Assembly: GCA_035549495.1 (NCBI GenBank)
Contig: DASZQV010000007.1
Span: 251,601 to 315,600, forward strand
Direction: 5' to 3'
Length of the DNA stretch: 64,000 bases
DNA from: Rhizomicrobium sp.
GTDB taxonomy: Bacteria; Pseudomonadota; Alphaproteobacteria; Micropepsales; Micropepsaceae
Both the position numbers and the translations under genes were made by a program. The notes beneath the pieces are model-generated. The model saw nothing but the letters and a program-made list of their open reading frames with translations, had not been told where the DNA came from and did no database searches. Below, piece by piece: positions 42,462 through 51,500 of the stretch (positions are counted from its first letter, which is position 1; each line of letters opens with the position of its first letter).

Positions 42462-43583
42462 TTACTTCTTCGTGTAGAGCGACCAGAGGCGCGCGACCAT
42501 CTCCTGGTTCGGGGCGCCCTTGACCTTGGCGAAGGCGCGCGCGGCGTCGCCCTTCTGCCCGGCGGCGAGATAAGCCTGGCCGAGGCGGATCTGGGCGTTG
42601 TTCATGTCGGTCTTGTCCTTGGCGATGCCCGCCTGGATCAGGCCGATGGCGTCCTTGGCCTTGCCCTGCGTCGTCAAATCCTCGCCGAGCTTGATCAGCG
42701 CGTCGCCGGAGGGCGCCGCCTTGGCCTGGGCGAGCTTGGCCGCCCAGCCGGCGAGGCCGGCCGCCTGCTGCTGCTTGCTCATCGCGATCAGGCGCTGGGT
42801 GCTGGCGTCGGTGAGCAGCTTGGCGTCGACGCCCTTCTGCTCGATGTTGACGGCTTCGGTCGGCATGCCCATCTCGAGCGCGAGCTTGGCGAGCAGCGTG
42901 TAGTCCTGCGCGCCGTTCATCGTGCCGGTCAGGAGCTTCAGGCGATAGATGTCGAGCGTGTCGTGGTCCTTCAGGCCGCGGGTGCGCTCGGCAGACTTGA
43001 GCAGCTGGCCCCAATACTCGGCCGACTGCGTGCGCGCCACGAGCTGCTCGAGCGCCTCGGTCTGGCTGGCGTCGTCGCCGGCCCCGAAGGCGCAGGCCAT
43101 CTGGATCTTGAGCACCGTGTCGCTGGCGCCGGCGCCGAAATGCGCCTTGATGTAGCGCACGCATTCGCTGTTGCGGCCGAGCCTGTAATAGGCGGTCGCG
43201 ACCGCCGCCTGCTCGTTGCCGTCGAGCTGGCCGCGCAGCTCGTCCGCGTCGGCGATCACCGCGCTCCAGCGTCCGGAGCGATAGTCGTTGGAGAATTTGG
43301 CTTTGGGGCCGCTGCCGCCCTGCTTGGAGCTGATATAGGCCTTCATCTGGGCGACGACGCGCGACTCCTCCGGCGTCAACCCGCCCACGCCTTCGGCCTG
43401 GTGGACCTTGGCCATGGCGCCGGAATAGTTGCCGGACGCGGCCATCGACTGCGCTTCCTGGAGCGGCTTGCCGACGGCGGAGCGCACCGCTGCGGAGGCC
43501 GAGCCGGCGCCGAGGCCGGCGAACAGGGCGGCGCCGAGGAGCACCGCCGTCATACGGGAGAGACGCAAAGACTTGGCAGGCAT
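42462..43583 (-). CDS. TPR-repeat periplasmic protein, last gene of the Ton operon
   Basis: Start set at the ATG preceded by GAGG (MPAKSLRLSRMTAVLLGAALFAGLGAGSASA, a signal peptide). Helical TPR-like repeats (AYLAAGQKGDAARAFAKV...). Confidence 0.75.
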   Translation of the reverse strand: MPAKSLRLSRMTAVLLGAALFAGLGAGSASAAVRSAVGKPLQEAQSMAASGNYSGAMAKVHQAEGVGGLTPEESRVVAQMKAYISSKQGGSGPKAKFSNDYRSGRWSAVIADADELRGQLDGNEQAAVATAYYRLGRNSECVRYIKAHFGAGASDTVLKIQMACAFGAGDDASQTEALEQLVARTQSAEYWGQLLKSAERTRGLKDHDTLDIYRLKLLTGTMNGAQDYTLLAKLALEMGMPTEAVNIEQKGVDAKLLTDASTQRLIAMSKQQQAAGLAGWAAKLAQAKAAPSGDALIKLGEDLTTQGKAKDAIGLIQAGIAKDKTDMNNAQIRLGQAYLAAGQKGDAARAFAKVKGAPNQEMVARLWSLYTKK

Positions 43584-43661
43584 TTTATGAGACCTCACTT
43601 GCTAGGCGCGGGGTCTCGGCTGCATGCGACCGCATGCTCCGGTACCGCGGTCGCCCCTCAC

Positions 43662-44093
43662 TTATTGACTGAATTGCGACGTGTTCGAGAATCCTATCTT
43701 CGTGATGCCCAGACGCTGCGCGTCCGCGAGCACCATTGCGACAGTATCGTATTTCGCCAATCTGTCCGGATTGAGGTGGATTTCGGGCTGCAGCGGCAGC
43801 TCCTGCTGCGCCTGCGACACGAAATAGCCATCCATCGTCGCCCGGTCGACCGGCGAACCGTTCCAGGTGATCGTGCCGTCGAAGTCGATGCCCAGATCCA
43901 CCGGCGGCGTGAGCGGCGGCGGCGGCTCGGTCTTCGGCGGCTGCGGCATGTCGAGCTTCACCGCATGCGTCTGGATGGGAAGCGTGATGATGAGGAGGGT
44001 GAGAAGCACGAGCATCACGTCGATGAGCGGCGTGGTGTTCATCTCCACCATCACCTCGCCTTCACCGCTTGCCGGGCCGACACTGCCTGCCAT
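43662..44093 (-). CDS. exbD: ExbD/TolR-family biopolymer transport protein
   Basis: NTTPLIDVMLVLLTLLIITLP anchor motif plus a periplasmic domain. Confidence 0.88.
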   Translation of the reverse strand: MAGSVGPASGEGEVMVEMNTTPLIDVMLVLLTLLIITLPIQTHAVKLDMPQPPKTEPPPPLTPPVDLGIDFDGTITWNGSPVDRATMDGYFVSQAQQELPLQPEIHLNPDRLAKYDTVAMVLADAQRLGITKIGFSNTSQFSQ

Positions 44094-44119
44094 GACATAC
44101 TACCTTCTAAAGTTTGACC

Positions 44120-44575
44120 TCAGCCGCCTTCGTTGCGCGGCTCGGTCAGGAACCCGACCTTGAGGATGCCCGCCTGCTGGCAGGCGAAGATGACGCGGCC
44201 CACCGCCTCGAAGCGCACATTGCGGTCGCCGCGGATGTGCACTTCGGGCATGTTGGCTGCGCTCATGCCTCGCGCCTGCGCGCGGCGCAGAGCATCGGCG
44301 AAGTGCTCCTTGAGCTCGGAAACGTCGATCGGCGCGTTGTTGTAATAGACGTTCTCGTCCTTATCGATCGCGATGACGATGTTTTCCGGCTTGGTCTGCG
44401 TCGCGATGTTGCGCTCGTTGGGCAGCGTCACCGGCACGGTCTTCACGATCACCGGGATGGTGACCAGGAAGATGATGAGCAGAACGAGCATCACGTCCAC
44501 CAGCGGCGTGGTGTTGATGGTGGTGTTCAGTTCTGCTTCGTCGCCGGCGTCGCCGGACTGGACGTTCATCGACAT
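44120..44575 (-). CDS. exbD: ExbD/TolR-family biopolymer transport protein
   Basis: INTTPLVDVMLVLLIIFLVTIP anchor motif plus a periplasmic domain. Confidence 0.88.
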   Translation of the reverse strand: MSMNVQSGDAGDEAELNTTINTTPLVDVMLVLLIIFLVTIPVIVKTVPVTLPNERNIATQTKPENIVIAIDKDENVYYNNAPIDVSELKEHFADALRRAQARGMSAANMPEVHIRGDRNVRFEAVGRVIFACQQAGILKVGFLTEPRNEGG

Positions 44576-44602
44576 CTGAGGACTCTCCGAGCTCGACCCT
44601 GC

Positions 44603-45445
44603 TTATTTGCCCTTCGAGATCAGATAGGTCTGCAGGTCGCCGGCGAAGCCGCGCAGCTTTTCCTGGATCACCTTGTTGCGGCGGACCAGGAAGTTGTAGC
44701 AGAGCACCGCCGGGACGGCCACGAACAGACCGATCGCGGTCATGATCAGCGCCTCGCCCACCGGACCCGCGACCTTGTCGATCGAGGCCTGGCCGGCGAC
44801 GCCGATGGCGATGAGCGCCTGCAGGATGCCCCACACCGTGCCGAACAGACCGACGAACGGCGCCGTCGAGCCCACCGAGGCGAGGAAGGCGATGCCGCCC
44901 TGGAGACGGGCATTGGCGTCCTCGAGCTGACGGGTCAGCGACATCGCGATCCAGTCGTTCAGGCCGACCAGCGTGGTGCCGCCCTGGCTGGCGCGCACGC
45001 CGCTCTCGGCGATCAGGCGGAACATCGAGTTCTTGGGCAGCTTGTCGATGCCTTCGTTGAGCGTGCCCGACGACCAGAAGCGGCGCTCGACGGAGCGGGC
45101 CTGGCCGAGGATGCGGCTCTGCTCGAAATACTTGACGAAGAAGATGTACCAGCTGCCGACCGACATGATCGCGAGCAGCGCGAGCACGCCCAGCGACACC
45201 GGGTTGCCCTTGTTGATGATGTCCATCAGGCCGTACGGGTTGTCCTGGCCGGCGGCGGGCTTGGTCGGCGCGGGCGCGGCGACGGTGGGAGCCGGCGCGG
45301 GCGGCGGCGTCGGTGTGGCGCTGGCGTCGGGAGTGGCCGGAGCCGCCGTCGTCGCGTCGGGAGCCGGGGCGGGATTGTTCTGCGCCAGCGCGGGACCGGA
45401 CAGAAGGACAACCGCGGCGGCGATCGTCAGGAATTTCGAGATCAT
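44603..45445 (-). CDS. exbB: MotA/TolQ/ExbB proton-channel protein with signal peptide and Pro/Ala/Thr-rich N-terminal extension
   Basis: C-terminal ExbB core (GIAFLASVGSTAPFVGLFGTVWGILQAL...GPVGEALIMTAIGLFVAVPAVLCYN). N-terminus MISKFLTIAAAVVLLSGPALA followed by PAPAPDATTAAPATP... Confidence 0.88.
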   Translation of the reverse strand: MISKFLTIAAAVVLLSGPALAQNNPAPAPDATTAAPATPDASATPTPPPAPAPTVAAPAPTKPAAGQDNPYGLMDIINKGNPVSLGVLALLAIMSVGSWYIFFVKYFEQSRILGQARSVERRFWSSGTLNEGIDKLPKNSMFRLIAESGVRASQGGTTLVGLNDWIAMSLTRQLEDANARLQGGIAFLASVGSTAPFVGLFGTVWGILQALIAIGVAGQASIDKVAGPVGEALIMTAIGLFVAVPAVLCYNFLVRRNKVIQEKLRGFAGDLQTYLISKGK

Positions 45446-45518
45446 CTTTCAGCTACTCCGTGTTATTTCCAGATCATCGGCCGATCCCCTCGATCGGCCA
45501 CTCAGCGAATTCAAGGCC

Positions 45519-46145
45519 TCAGTGCAGTTTCCATTGGACGTTCGCCTGCCAGGGCGTCTCTACCGGCGTGCCGTCGTTGGTCGCAGGCTTGTAGTGCCAC
45601 TTGGCGGCGCAGGCGACCGCGGCATTGTCCAGGCGGTCCGAGCCGCTCGACTTCGCGACCGAGACGTCGGTCACGGTGCCTTCGGTGGTCACCTTGAAGG
45701 ACAGCGTCGTGGTGCCTTCCTCGTTCAGGCGCACCGAGACCTCGGGATAATTCTGCAGGCAGGTATGCGCGCGGCCGACCGAGACCGGCGTCGAGACCGC
45801 CTGGTGCACCGGCGGCGCCGGCGGCGGGGGCTTGTTCGTCACCGTGATCGTCTGCTGCGGGGCGACATCCATCTGGATGTTGATCTCCGGCGGCGGCGCG
45901 ACGGGCGGCGGCGGAATGTCGACTTGCGGCGGCGGGGGCGGCGGCGGCTTCGGGGTGATCTTCTCCTGCTCGACCGCGACCTTCAGCTCCTCGGGGAGCT
46001 TCTGGATCAAGGTCGCCGCGAGGCCTGAGACCAGCGCGTAGACGAAACCCGCTTGCAGGAGCAGCGCGGCGGCGAAGCCGACGGCGCGTGCAGGCGTGAT
46101 CGCCGGATTGGGCACGCTGCGGACACTGTGGAAGGGTTGTTCCAT
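45519..46145 (-). CDS. tonB: TonB-family energy transducer
   Basis: TM anchor, Pro-rich spacer (KPPPPPPPQVDIPPPPVAPPPE), and C-terminal TonB domain (YPEVSVRLNEEGTTTLSFKVTTEGTV). Confidence 0.85.
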   Translation of the reverse strand: MEQPFHSVRSVPNPAITPARAVGFAAALLLQAGFVYALVSGLAATLIQKLPEELKVAVEQEKITPKPPPPPPPQVDIPPPPVAPPPEINIQMDVAPQQTITVTNKPPPPAPPVHQAVSTPVSVGRAHTCLQNYPEVSVRLNEEGTTTLSFKVTTEGTVTDVSVAKSSGSDRLDNAAVACAAKWHYKPATNDGTPVETPWQANVQWKLH

Positions 46146-46714
46146 GGATTATATCGACCTGACAAAACTAAGCCCGACGCAGGGGTGCAACGCCCCGCGA
46201 CAGCAATTGGAAACTACGCATCCCCCTTGGAGCGCCCGTTTCGTGGGACGCCTCATAGATGTTCGTTTCATCGTAGTCATGGTTTTTAGATCGGTCCAGT
46301 CTTTCGAATGGTTAACTCTGACTCATATACAGCCTGGTTAAAACACCTACCGACCTCGACCGTTCCCGTTTCGAACCTGTGGACGGATTTTACGGCAACA
46401 TTGCGTCGGTCATGCGCGCTGTGATTCTGCCAAACGGACGAAACCCGCATTCGTTGCGCCTCATGGACGATGCGGCGGGCTCATGACAAGCGGCGAATTG
46501 TATCACCCCGATTTTTCAAGGCTTTAACTGCGCATTGCGCACGGCTCCGTCGAGCAAGAATCTTTTTCCGTCGCGCCGCACGTGCAATTGCCAAGTCGCG
46601 CCGGGCGCCGCCTTGCGCCGCGCGCGCGCGATTGTGCGGTGCGGCGGCAATGCTAGGGTCTGTCGCGCGAGCGGTTTTGCGACCGCGATCAGCAAAAAGT
46701 GAAGGCGGGGTGCA

Positions 46715-47155
46715 ATGAGATATCTTCACACCATGGTGCGCGTCGCCGATCTGGACGCGGCGCTCGACTTCTATTGCGCCAAGCTCGGCCTCGCCGAGAT
46801 TCGCCGAATCGACAACGAGAAGGGCCGCTTTACCCTCGTCTTCCTGGCCGCGCCCGACGATGCCGAGGCAGCCGCGCGCAACCAGGCGCCGATGGTCGAG
46901 CTCACCTACAATTGGGATCCGGAAGTCTATGGCGGCGGGCGGAATTTCGGCCACCTCGCCTATCGGGTGAAGGACATCTATGCGCTGTGTCGAAAGTTGA
47001 TGGATGCGGGCGTGACGATCAACCGTCCGCCGCGCGACGGCCACATGGCGTTCGTGCGCTCGCCCGACGGCATCTCGATCGAGCTTCTGCAGGAGGGCGC
47101 ACACCTCGCCCCCGCCGAGCCCTGGGCCTCGATGCCCAACACGGGGTCCTGGTGA
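46715..47155 (+). CDS. gloA: lactoylglutathione lyase (glyoxalase I)
   Basis: [20 protein letters not shown]...ELTYNW...GHLAY...[17 protein letters not shown] fold with GloA metal ligands. Confidence 0.9.
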   Translation: MRYLHTMVRVADLDAALDFYCAKLGLAEIRRIDNEKGRFTLVFLAAPDDAEAAARNQAPMVELTYNWDPEVYGGGRNFGHLAYRVKDIYALCRKLMDAGVTINRPPRDGHMAFVRSPDGISIELLQEGAHLAPAEPWASMPNTGSW

Positions 47156-47157
47156 CG

Positions 47158-47245
47158 CTTCGAGGCTCGCTACGCTCGCACCTCAGCGTGACGCCGTTCA
47201 TCCGTCATCCTGAGGTGCGCATGGCGCAGCCATGCGCCTCGAAGG
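47158..47245. repeat. palindromic repeat, family 2 (second copy)
   Basis: CTTCGAGGCTCGCTACGCTCGCACCTCAGCGTGACG-ccgttcatc-CGTCATCCTGAGGTGCGCATGGCGCAGCCATGCGCCTCGAAGG. Confidence 0.75.
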
Positions 47246-47252
47246 AGGGCGG

Positions 47253-48293
47253 ATGAACTTCACGAGCGACAATTGCTACGGCGTCTCGCCCGCGATCCTC
47301 GATGCGATCGCGCGCGCGGGCCACGGCACCGACGTCTCGTACGGCGACGACGCGATCACGGCGCGGCTTCAGCGGCGCTTCGCGGAGCTGTTCGAGCGCG
47401 AGGTCGCGGTCTTTCCGGTGATCACGGGCAGCGCCGCCAACGCGCTGGCGCTGTCGACCTTGGTGCCGCCGCACGGCGCGATCCTCTGCCACGAGGCGAG
47501 CCACGTGCTGAGCGACGAATGCGGCGCGGTGGAGATGTTCACCCATGGCGCGCGGCTGGTCGGCATCGCCGGGCGCGACGGCAAGCTGTGGCCCGACGGG
47601 GTCCAGGCGGCGCTCGCGCGTTTCGAGAAGGGCTCGGTGCATCACGCCCAGCCCGCCGCGATCAGCCTCACCAATGCGAGCGAGCTGGGCACGGTCTATC
47701 GCGTGGACGAGGTCGCGGCGCTGGCGGAGGTCGCGCGCGCGGGCGGCCTCGCGCTGCACATGGACGGCGCGCGCTTCGCCAACGCGGCCGCGGCGCTCGG
47801 CCGCGCGCCGGCGGAGCTCACCTGGCGCGCCGGCGTCGACGTGCTCTCGTTCGGGGCCACCAAGAACGGCGCGATGGGCGCAGAGGCGGTGGTGTTCTTC
47901 GATCCTGCGCTGGCGCGCGACTTCGAATACCGCCGCAAGAAGGCCGGGCATCTGATGTCGAAGATGCGCTTCGTCTCGGCGCAGCTCGAAGCCTATCTGG
48001 AGGGTGGCCCCGGGAACGGATTGTGGCTCGCCAATGCGCGCCGCGCCAACGCCCAAGCCAGAAAGCTCGCAGACGCCCTCGGCCCGCGCCTCGCCTTCCC
48101 CGTCGACTCCAACGAGGTGTTCGCACGCATCCCCGTGGCCACCGCCGCGAAGCTGCGCGCGGCCGGCGCCAGCTTCTACGACTGGGCGCCGGCGAAGGAC
48201 GGCGAGGTCCTGGTGCGCCTGGTCACGAGCTTCGCCACGCCGGATGAGGACGTAGCGAGGTTTCTGGACGTGATGGGGAGCGACGCACGATGA
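47253..48293 (+). CDS. ltaE: low-specificity L-threonine aldolase
   Basis: Trimmed to MNFTSDNCYGVSP, preceded by GAAGGAGG. PLP-lysine region LSFGATKNG. Beta-eliminating-lyase family. Confidence 0.88.
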   Translation: MNFTSDNCYGVSPAILDAIARAGHGTDVSYGDDAITARLQRRFAELFEREVAVFPVITGSAANALALSTLVPPHGAILCHEASHVLSDECGAVEMFTHGARLVGIAGRDGKLWPDGVQAALARFEKGSVHHAQPAAISLTNASELGTVYRVDEVAALAEVARAGGLALHMDGARFANAAAALGRAPAELTWRAGVDVLSFGATKNGAMGAEAVVFFDPALARDFEYRRKKAGHLMSKMRFVSAQLEAYLEGGPGNGLWLANARRANAQARKLADALGPRLAFPVDSNEVFARIPVATAAKLRAAGASFYDWAPAKDGEVLVRLVTSFATPDEDVARFLDVMGSDAR

Positions 48294-48475
48294 CCATGCC
48301 CGAGAGCGCGTTCGACCGCGCCGAGGAAGCCCTTCCCGACCGATGCGTGTTCCGCCTCGATGCCGAGCAATGGAAGAAATTCCATGCCGCGCTGAACGCG
48401 CGGCCGCACGAGCTGAAGCGCCTTGCAAAGCCGATGCGCGCGCCGAGCGTGTTCGAACGCTCCGTACAGGCGTGA
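48290..48475 (+). CDS. truncated DUF1778 (TacA-type antitoxin) remnant, C-terminal half only
   Basis: 61 aa. AFDRAEEALPDRCVFRLDAEQWKKFHAALNARPHELKRL matches the C-terminal helix and toxin-binding tail of DUF1778 antitoxins. The N-terminal RHH is missing and no GNAT toxin gene follows. Confidence 0.5.
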   Translation: MTMPESAFDRAEEALPDRCVFRLDAEQWKKFHAALNARPHELKRLAKPMRAPSVFERSVQA

Positions 48476-48505
48476 GCGGCCCGCGAAAGCGAGCCGCCCC
48501 GCTCA
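48473..48505. terminator. stem-loop whose arms contain both convergent stop codons
   Basis: TGAGCGG (48473..48479) pairs with CCGCTCA (48499..48505). The loop carries a GCCCGCGAAAGCG core resembling repeat family 1. Confidence 0.4.
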
Positions 48506-51500
48506 GATCCTTCCCAGCAGGTGGATGGTTCCGACCTCGGTCGTGGCGCCGTTGTTGCCGCGCACGAAGTCGAAATTGGCGCCCAGGGTCCAGGCGTCGG
48601 TCGTGGTCGAGAGCGACGCGCCGGCGACGAAATTGCCCTGCGCCGGATCGGGGCCGACGACGGTGAACACCGGGCCCGGCGTCGGCGTCGAGTTGGTGCC
48701 GACATCGGCGAAGTTGACGCGCAGCTTGGTCGGATCGTTCAGGAAGTCGTAGCGATAGCCGAGCCGGACGTCGGGCTGCACGAAGAAGTCGCCGAAGTTC
48801 AGGTCCTCGCGGATCTCGGTGCCGATGAAGATGCGCGCCGAGCTGGCGTAGTAGGACTGAGCCTGCAGCAGCATGCCCTTGCCGTTGCCCGTGGTCGCCG
48901 AGGGCGAGGCGTGGGTCTCGGTATAGCCCTCTTCGCGCATCGTCATGCCGTCGAGGCTGATCTGCGGCGTGATCACCGTCGAGCCGTAGGCGAGCACCGC
49001 GCCGGTGGTGAGGCCGATGGCGCCCACCAGGCCCGGACGCTTGCCGTCGGCCTCGTCGATGAACTTGCTCGAGCCGACGCCCGACGCGTTCGGGATCGTC
49101 AGGTCGATGAAGCGCTTGCTCTTGAGGTCCATGTAGCCGATGTCGGCCTTGGTATCGAGGAACAGGCCCTTGCCGCGCCAATCGGTATAGGCGGTGAGCA
49201 TGTACCACAGCGTGTTGGTATGGCTGTCGCGCGGCAGCGGCTCGACGATGTCGCCCGAATAGAAGGTGAGCGCGCCGCCGTACCAGCCGGTCTTGGGATC
49301 GCCGCCGTCGAGGCCGAGCACGAAGCCGAAGCCGTGGTCCTTGAAGCCGGTCTGGCCGGTCGAGCGGTTGCCCGGGTCCTGCACGAACTCGGCGAATTCC
49401 TGGCCCCACAGCGTGACCTCGCCCGAGGCCTTGCCGTACATGCGCAGGATGCGCTGGCGCGCCGCGACCGGGCCCGAGGACTGGTCGGTGAGCGCGATGG
49501 CGATGGCGCGGGCGCCGCCGGTGACGTCGGGCGCCATCTCGTTATAGGCCGTCTGCGCCTGATCCTTGTTGGCGATGCCGGCGACGAAGGCCGCGCCCAG
49601 CGTGTCGTCGTTGGTCAGCGCCTGGTTGGCGAAGGGCAGGATCTGCTTGGCATAGCCGGTCAGGCCGAGCTCGTCCGCGGTCTTCGGGATGACGGTGAGC
49701 TCGAGCTTGTCGACGTTCGGATCGGCGGTGTCGATCGCGAGCGTGGACGAGCTGAACAGGAACGGCAGGTCCTGGGCGAGCTGGGCGTTGTAGGTGTCGA
49801 TCTGGGCGTCGGAGATCACGATCGTGCCCTTCTCGGCCGAGATCAGCACGAAATCCGAATCGGCGGGCACGAAGCTGCCATAGGTGATGTTGAGGTTGGC
49901 GCCGTTGTCGAACTCGACCGCGTTCGCCGCGGGGCCGATGGCGTTGATCATGCCGCTGGTGAAGCTCTCCTTCACCGTCAGGTTCAGCGTGCCGTTGGGC
50001 TCGACCAGGAAGGAATAGGCGTTGAGCGCCTCGCTGTCGTTCTCGAGGTTCAGCGTGCCGCCGCCCTTGATGTCGACGCTGACGCCGAGCTGATCGTCGG
50101 CTGTGATCTTGCCGGTGACGGTCGCGAAATCGCCGATGATCAGCTTGTCGCTGCCCGGATCGCTGCCGCCGCCGAAGGCGATGTCGCCCGTGATCGTCGC
50201 GGTGTGATCGGTCGAGAAGCCTTCGACGTCGACGATCTGGTTCTTGCCGGTGCCGAACAGGATGTCGCCGACGATCTTGGCCGAGTTGTCGGCGGTCGCC
50301 TCGTTGAGGATCAGGACGCCGTCGCCCGCGGCCGAGCTTTCGTCCTGGCCGAGCAGGTCGATGGCGATGGCGATCTGGTCGCCGTTGTCGAGCGTGGTCG
50401 CGGTCGCCTGGATCGTGCCGTTGTTCTGGATGAAGGTCAGCGTGCCCGAATTGTCGATGATGCCGAACGCCGCGAGGTTGCTGATCGTGGTGTCGGAGGT
50501 GCTGGCGCCGGCGATGATCGAGCCGGAGTTGATGATCGAGGGCAGCGCCGCGTGCGGGTCGATCTGGATCGCGATGGCGGTGCCGCCAAGGGGACCGCCG
50601 ACCGTCGCCGAGATCAGGCCGACGCCCGCGGCGGAGGAGTTCACCAGCGCCGCGCGCTCGTCATGCGTGCTGTCGATGAGGAACTTGTTGCCCTGGTACA
50701 TGAAGCCGTCCGGACCGTCCTGCGGATTGCCGGTGAAGACATAGGTCTCGTCGGCGCCGACCAGGCCGTAGCCGGCGATGTGCAGCGCGAGCGCCTGCAC
50801 CGGGTTCTGCGGCGTGCTCTTGTCGCTGTTGGAGGCGGCGCTTGCGCGGATGGTGCCGGAGTTGAACACGCCGCCGTCGATCGTCGCCGTGGTGCCGTCG
50901 GTGGTGCCGCCGATGAACATCGCCACCGTGCTGTCGCCGTAGTTCGGCGAGGTCGACGAGATGTTGCCGCGGTTGTAGACGCCGAAGCCCGGATCGGTGG
51001 TGTCGCCCTGATAGACCTTGATCTCGATCGGATTGAGCGCGTCGGTGCCCTGCACAGCCGGCGAGATCAGCAGCGCCGGCAGCAGGCCCGAGGTCGTGAT
51101 GCTCGCCGCCGCGGTGGTGTCGTCGCTGAACGTCTTGCCGGCGTTGTAGAAGCCGCCGGCGACGTTGCCGCCGATGGCGAAGGCCGAGCTCGCGATCGCG
51201 TTGCCGCTGAGCGCGGTGGGATCGCCGGAGATGCCCGTGGCGACGACCGTGGACTGGTTGACGATCGAGCCGACGCTGGTCGCGGTGTCGCAATTGACGT
51301 TCACGCTGACGTCGCAGGGATTGACGTTGCCCTTGATGACGATGCCCTCGGCGCCGGCGCCGACGACGGTGACCGCCGAGGTGCTCAGGATCGTGAGGTT
51401 GCCGTTGATGTCGCCGTCGATCTCCATGCCGACCAGATCGGCCGCGGTGGAGCCGGTGCCGGAGATCGACATGACGCCGTCGACCGTGACGTCGCCGAAG

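Noticed and set aside
46283-46310. An Irr/ICE-type iron control element upstream of the Ton operon (TTTAGA half-site).
   Set aside because: Only one half-site resembles TTTAGAA-N3-TTCTAAA, and the partner half is absent. I cannot support an ICE or a Fur box by eye.
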